From the NCBI GenBank assembly GCA_963793265.1, contig CAWBZI010000005.1, positions 160,001 to 224,000 of the forward strand: DNA of 64,000 nucleotides, read 5' to 3'. The notes under the pieces are model-generated. The model saw only the letters and a list, made by a program, of their open reading frames with translations. It was not told the DNA's origin and did no database searches. The translations under genes were made by a program, and so were the position numbers. Origin of the DNA: an uncultured cyanobacterium (GTDB taxonomy: Bacteria; Cyanobacteriota; Cyanobacteriia; Phormidesmidales; Phormidesmidaceae). This document shows positions 63,197-64,000 of this stretch, one piece after another (the stretch's first letter is position 1; the number at the start of each line of letters is the position of its first letter).

Positions 63197-63457
63197 TGTA
63201 ATATCTCCACGGTTAAATGTTCATCCAGTTAACATAGCTCCTACTCATCAGGAGTTACGTTAGCTCTCTATGTACATTCAAATCATTGGCTCGTTATCCG
63301 GTTCACTACTTTAGCTATTGCAAGGCTTCGTATTTTGAAGCTACGTACGCAAACTATAGCTAACGTATGTTGCTATACACTACGCTAAAACCATATCTGC
63401 ATAGAGCAGCCTCGTCCATTTTTTTCACTCTCCATATTACCTAGTTCTAAAGGTCTA

Positions 63458-63658
63458 CTAATAAGCTAATGTTTGCAGCGTATCAAGTACATACAGCCGC
63501 ACAAGCTGCTCGTCAGAGACAGTGCGGTCGATTGATGAAAGCTGTTCGGAGCGCCAGCGTTGGAAGCCAGAGCTAGCGGCGATCGCACTCTTCAAACTCT
63601 GCCAAAGCTCAGAATTATCTGCCGCATGGTCTTGCTCTCTAGAATATGACTGTGCCAT
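63458..63658 (-). CDS. Small conserved cyanobacterial protein
   Basis: W.SLK.AIAASSGFQRW...V..Y...TL.TLAY. Confidence 0.8.
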   Translation of the reverse strand: MAQSYSREQDHAADNSELWQSLKSAIAASSGFQRWRSEQLSSIDRTVSDEQLVRLYVLDTLQTLAY

Positions 63659-63824
63659 GGAAATCTCCAGGTTAAAAAACTAGGTTACGAGAACTGGTGG
63701 TGAACCTGCCAATAAACGCCCAACCAGCTTATCTAAAGGGCTTTCACAAGTTCCGCTTGTCCTCTTTAGGATAGCTTAGTCCCCAGTTTTGCGGATGTAG
63801 CCTCTGCCACGGTTTGACCTTTCT

Positions 63825-64000
63825 TTAGATCAAATCTTCCGCTTCATTCTCAATGGAGGCAGGTGGAACGGGCGCTACTGGCTTTTCTGCTGTCTGTACT
63901 GAGACGGGTTCAGGTTCAGGAATCGTTACGACACTGGCGGCTTCGGGAAGCAAGCTTTTTACCCGGATGCCCAGAATAAGGAAGTCAGAGGCGATCGCAC
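63825..64000 (-). CDS. C-terminal fragment of a protein entering from beyond the window
   Basis: Open frame ...AIASDFLILGIRVKSLLPEAASVVTIPEPEP...EDLI*. Confidence 0.5.
   Translation of the reverse strand, partial: AIASDFLILGIRVKSLLPEAASVVTIPEPEPVSVQTAEKPVAPVPPASIENEAEDLI

Overview
A cyanobacterial chromosome segment, indicated by dense HIP1 GCGATCGC sites, psbI, raf1 and a CpcS-type lyase. A Leptolyngbya/Phormidesmis-like source is only an impression. The right half is mostly housekeeping (hemL, hisIE, ligA, truB, psbI, hemE, ruvB, tpiA, pnp, tRNA-Ala, raf1, recR) with toxin-antitoxin cassettes between genes. The left half is accessory-rich, with four highlights. (1) An islet downstream of tRNA-Arg(TCT) carries a duplicated translation-start module, a candidate toxin/immunity pair, a highly structured ~220-nt leader, and a phased array of 21-bp dyad repeats in front of a basic 128-aa gene with its own terminator. 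This is the best candidate for an undescribed system. (2) Two identical, inverted 162-bp MITEs bracket a 9.2-kb cluster of a single-module A-T-reductase NRPS-like gene (frameshifted here), a PQ-loop-like membrane protein, an EamA exporter and two hybrid kinases, possibly a signal synthesis/export/sensing circuit. (3) A restriction-endonuclease-like domain is fused to ParA and paired with a ParB-like gene. (4) A 627-aa acidic protein is built from ~26 17-residue repeats. All calls come from reading motifs by eye; no searches were run.
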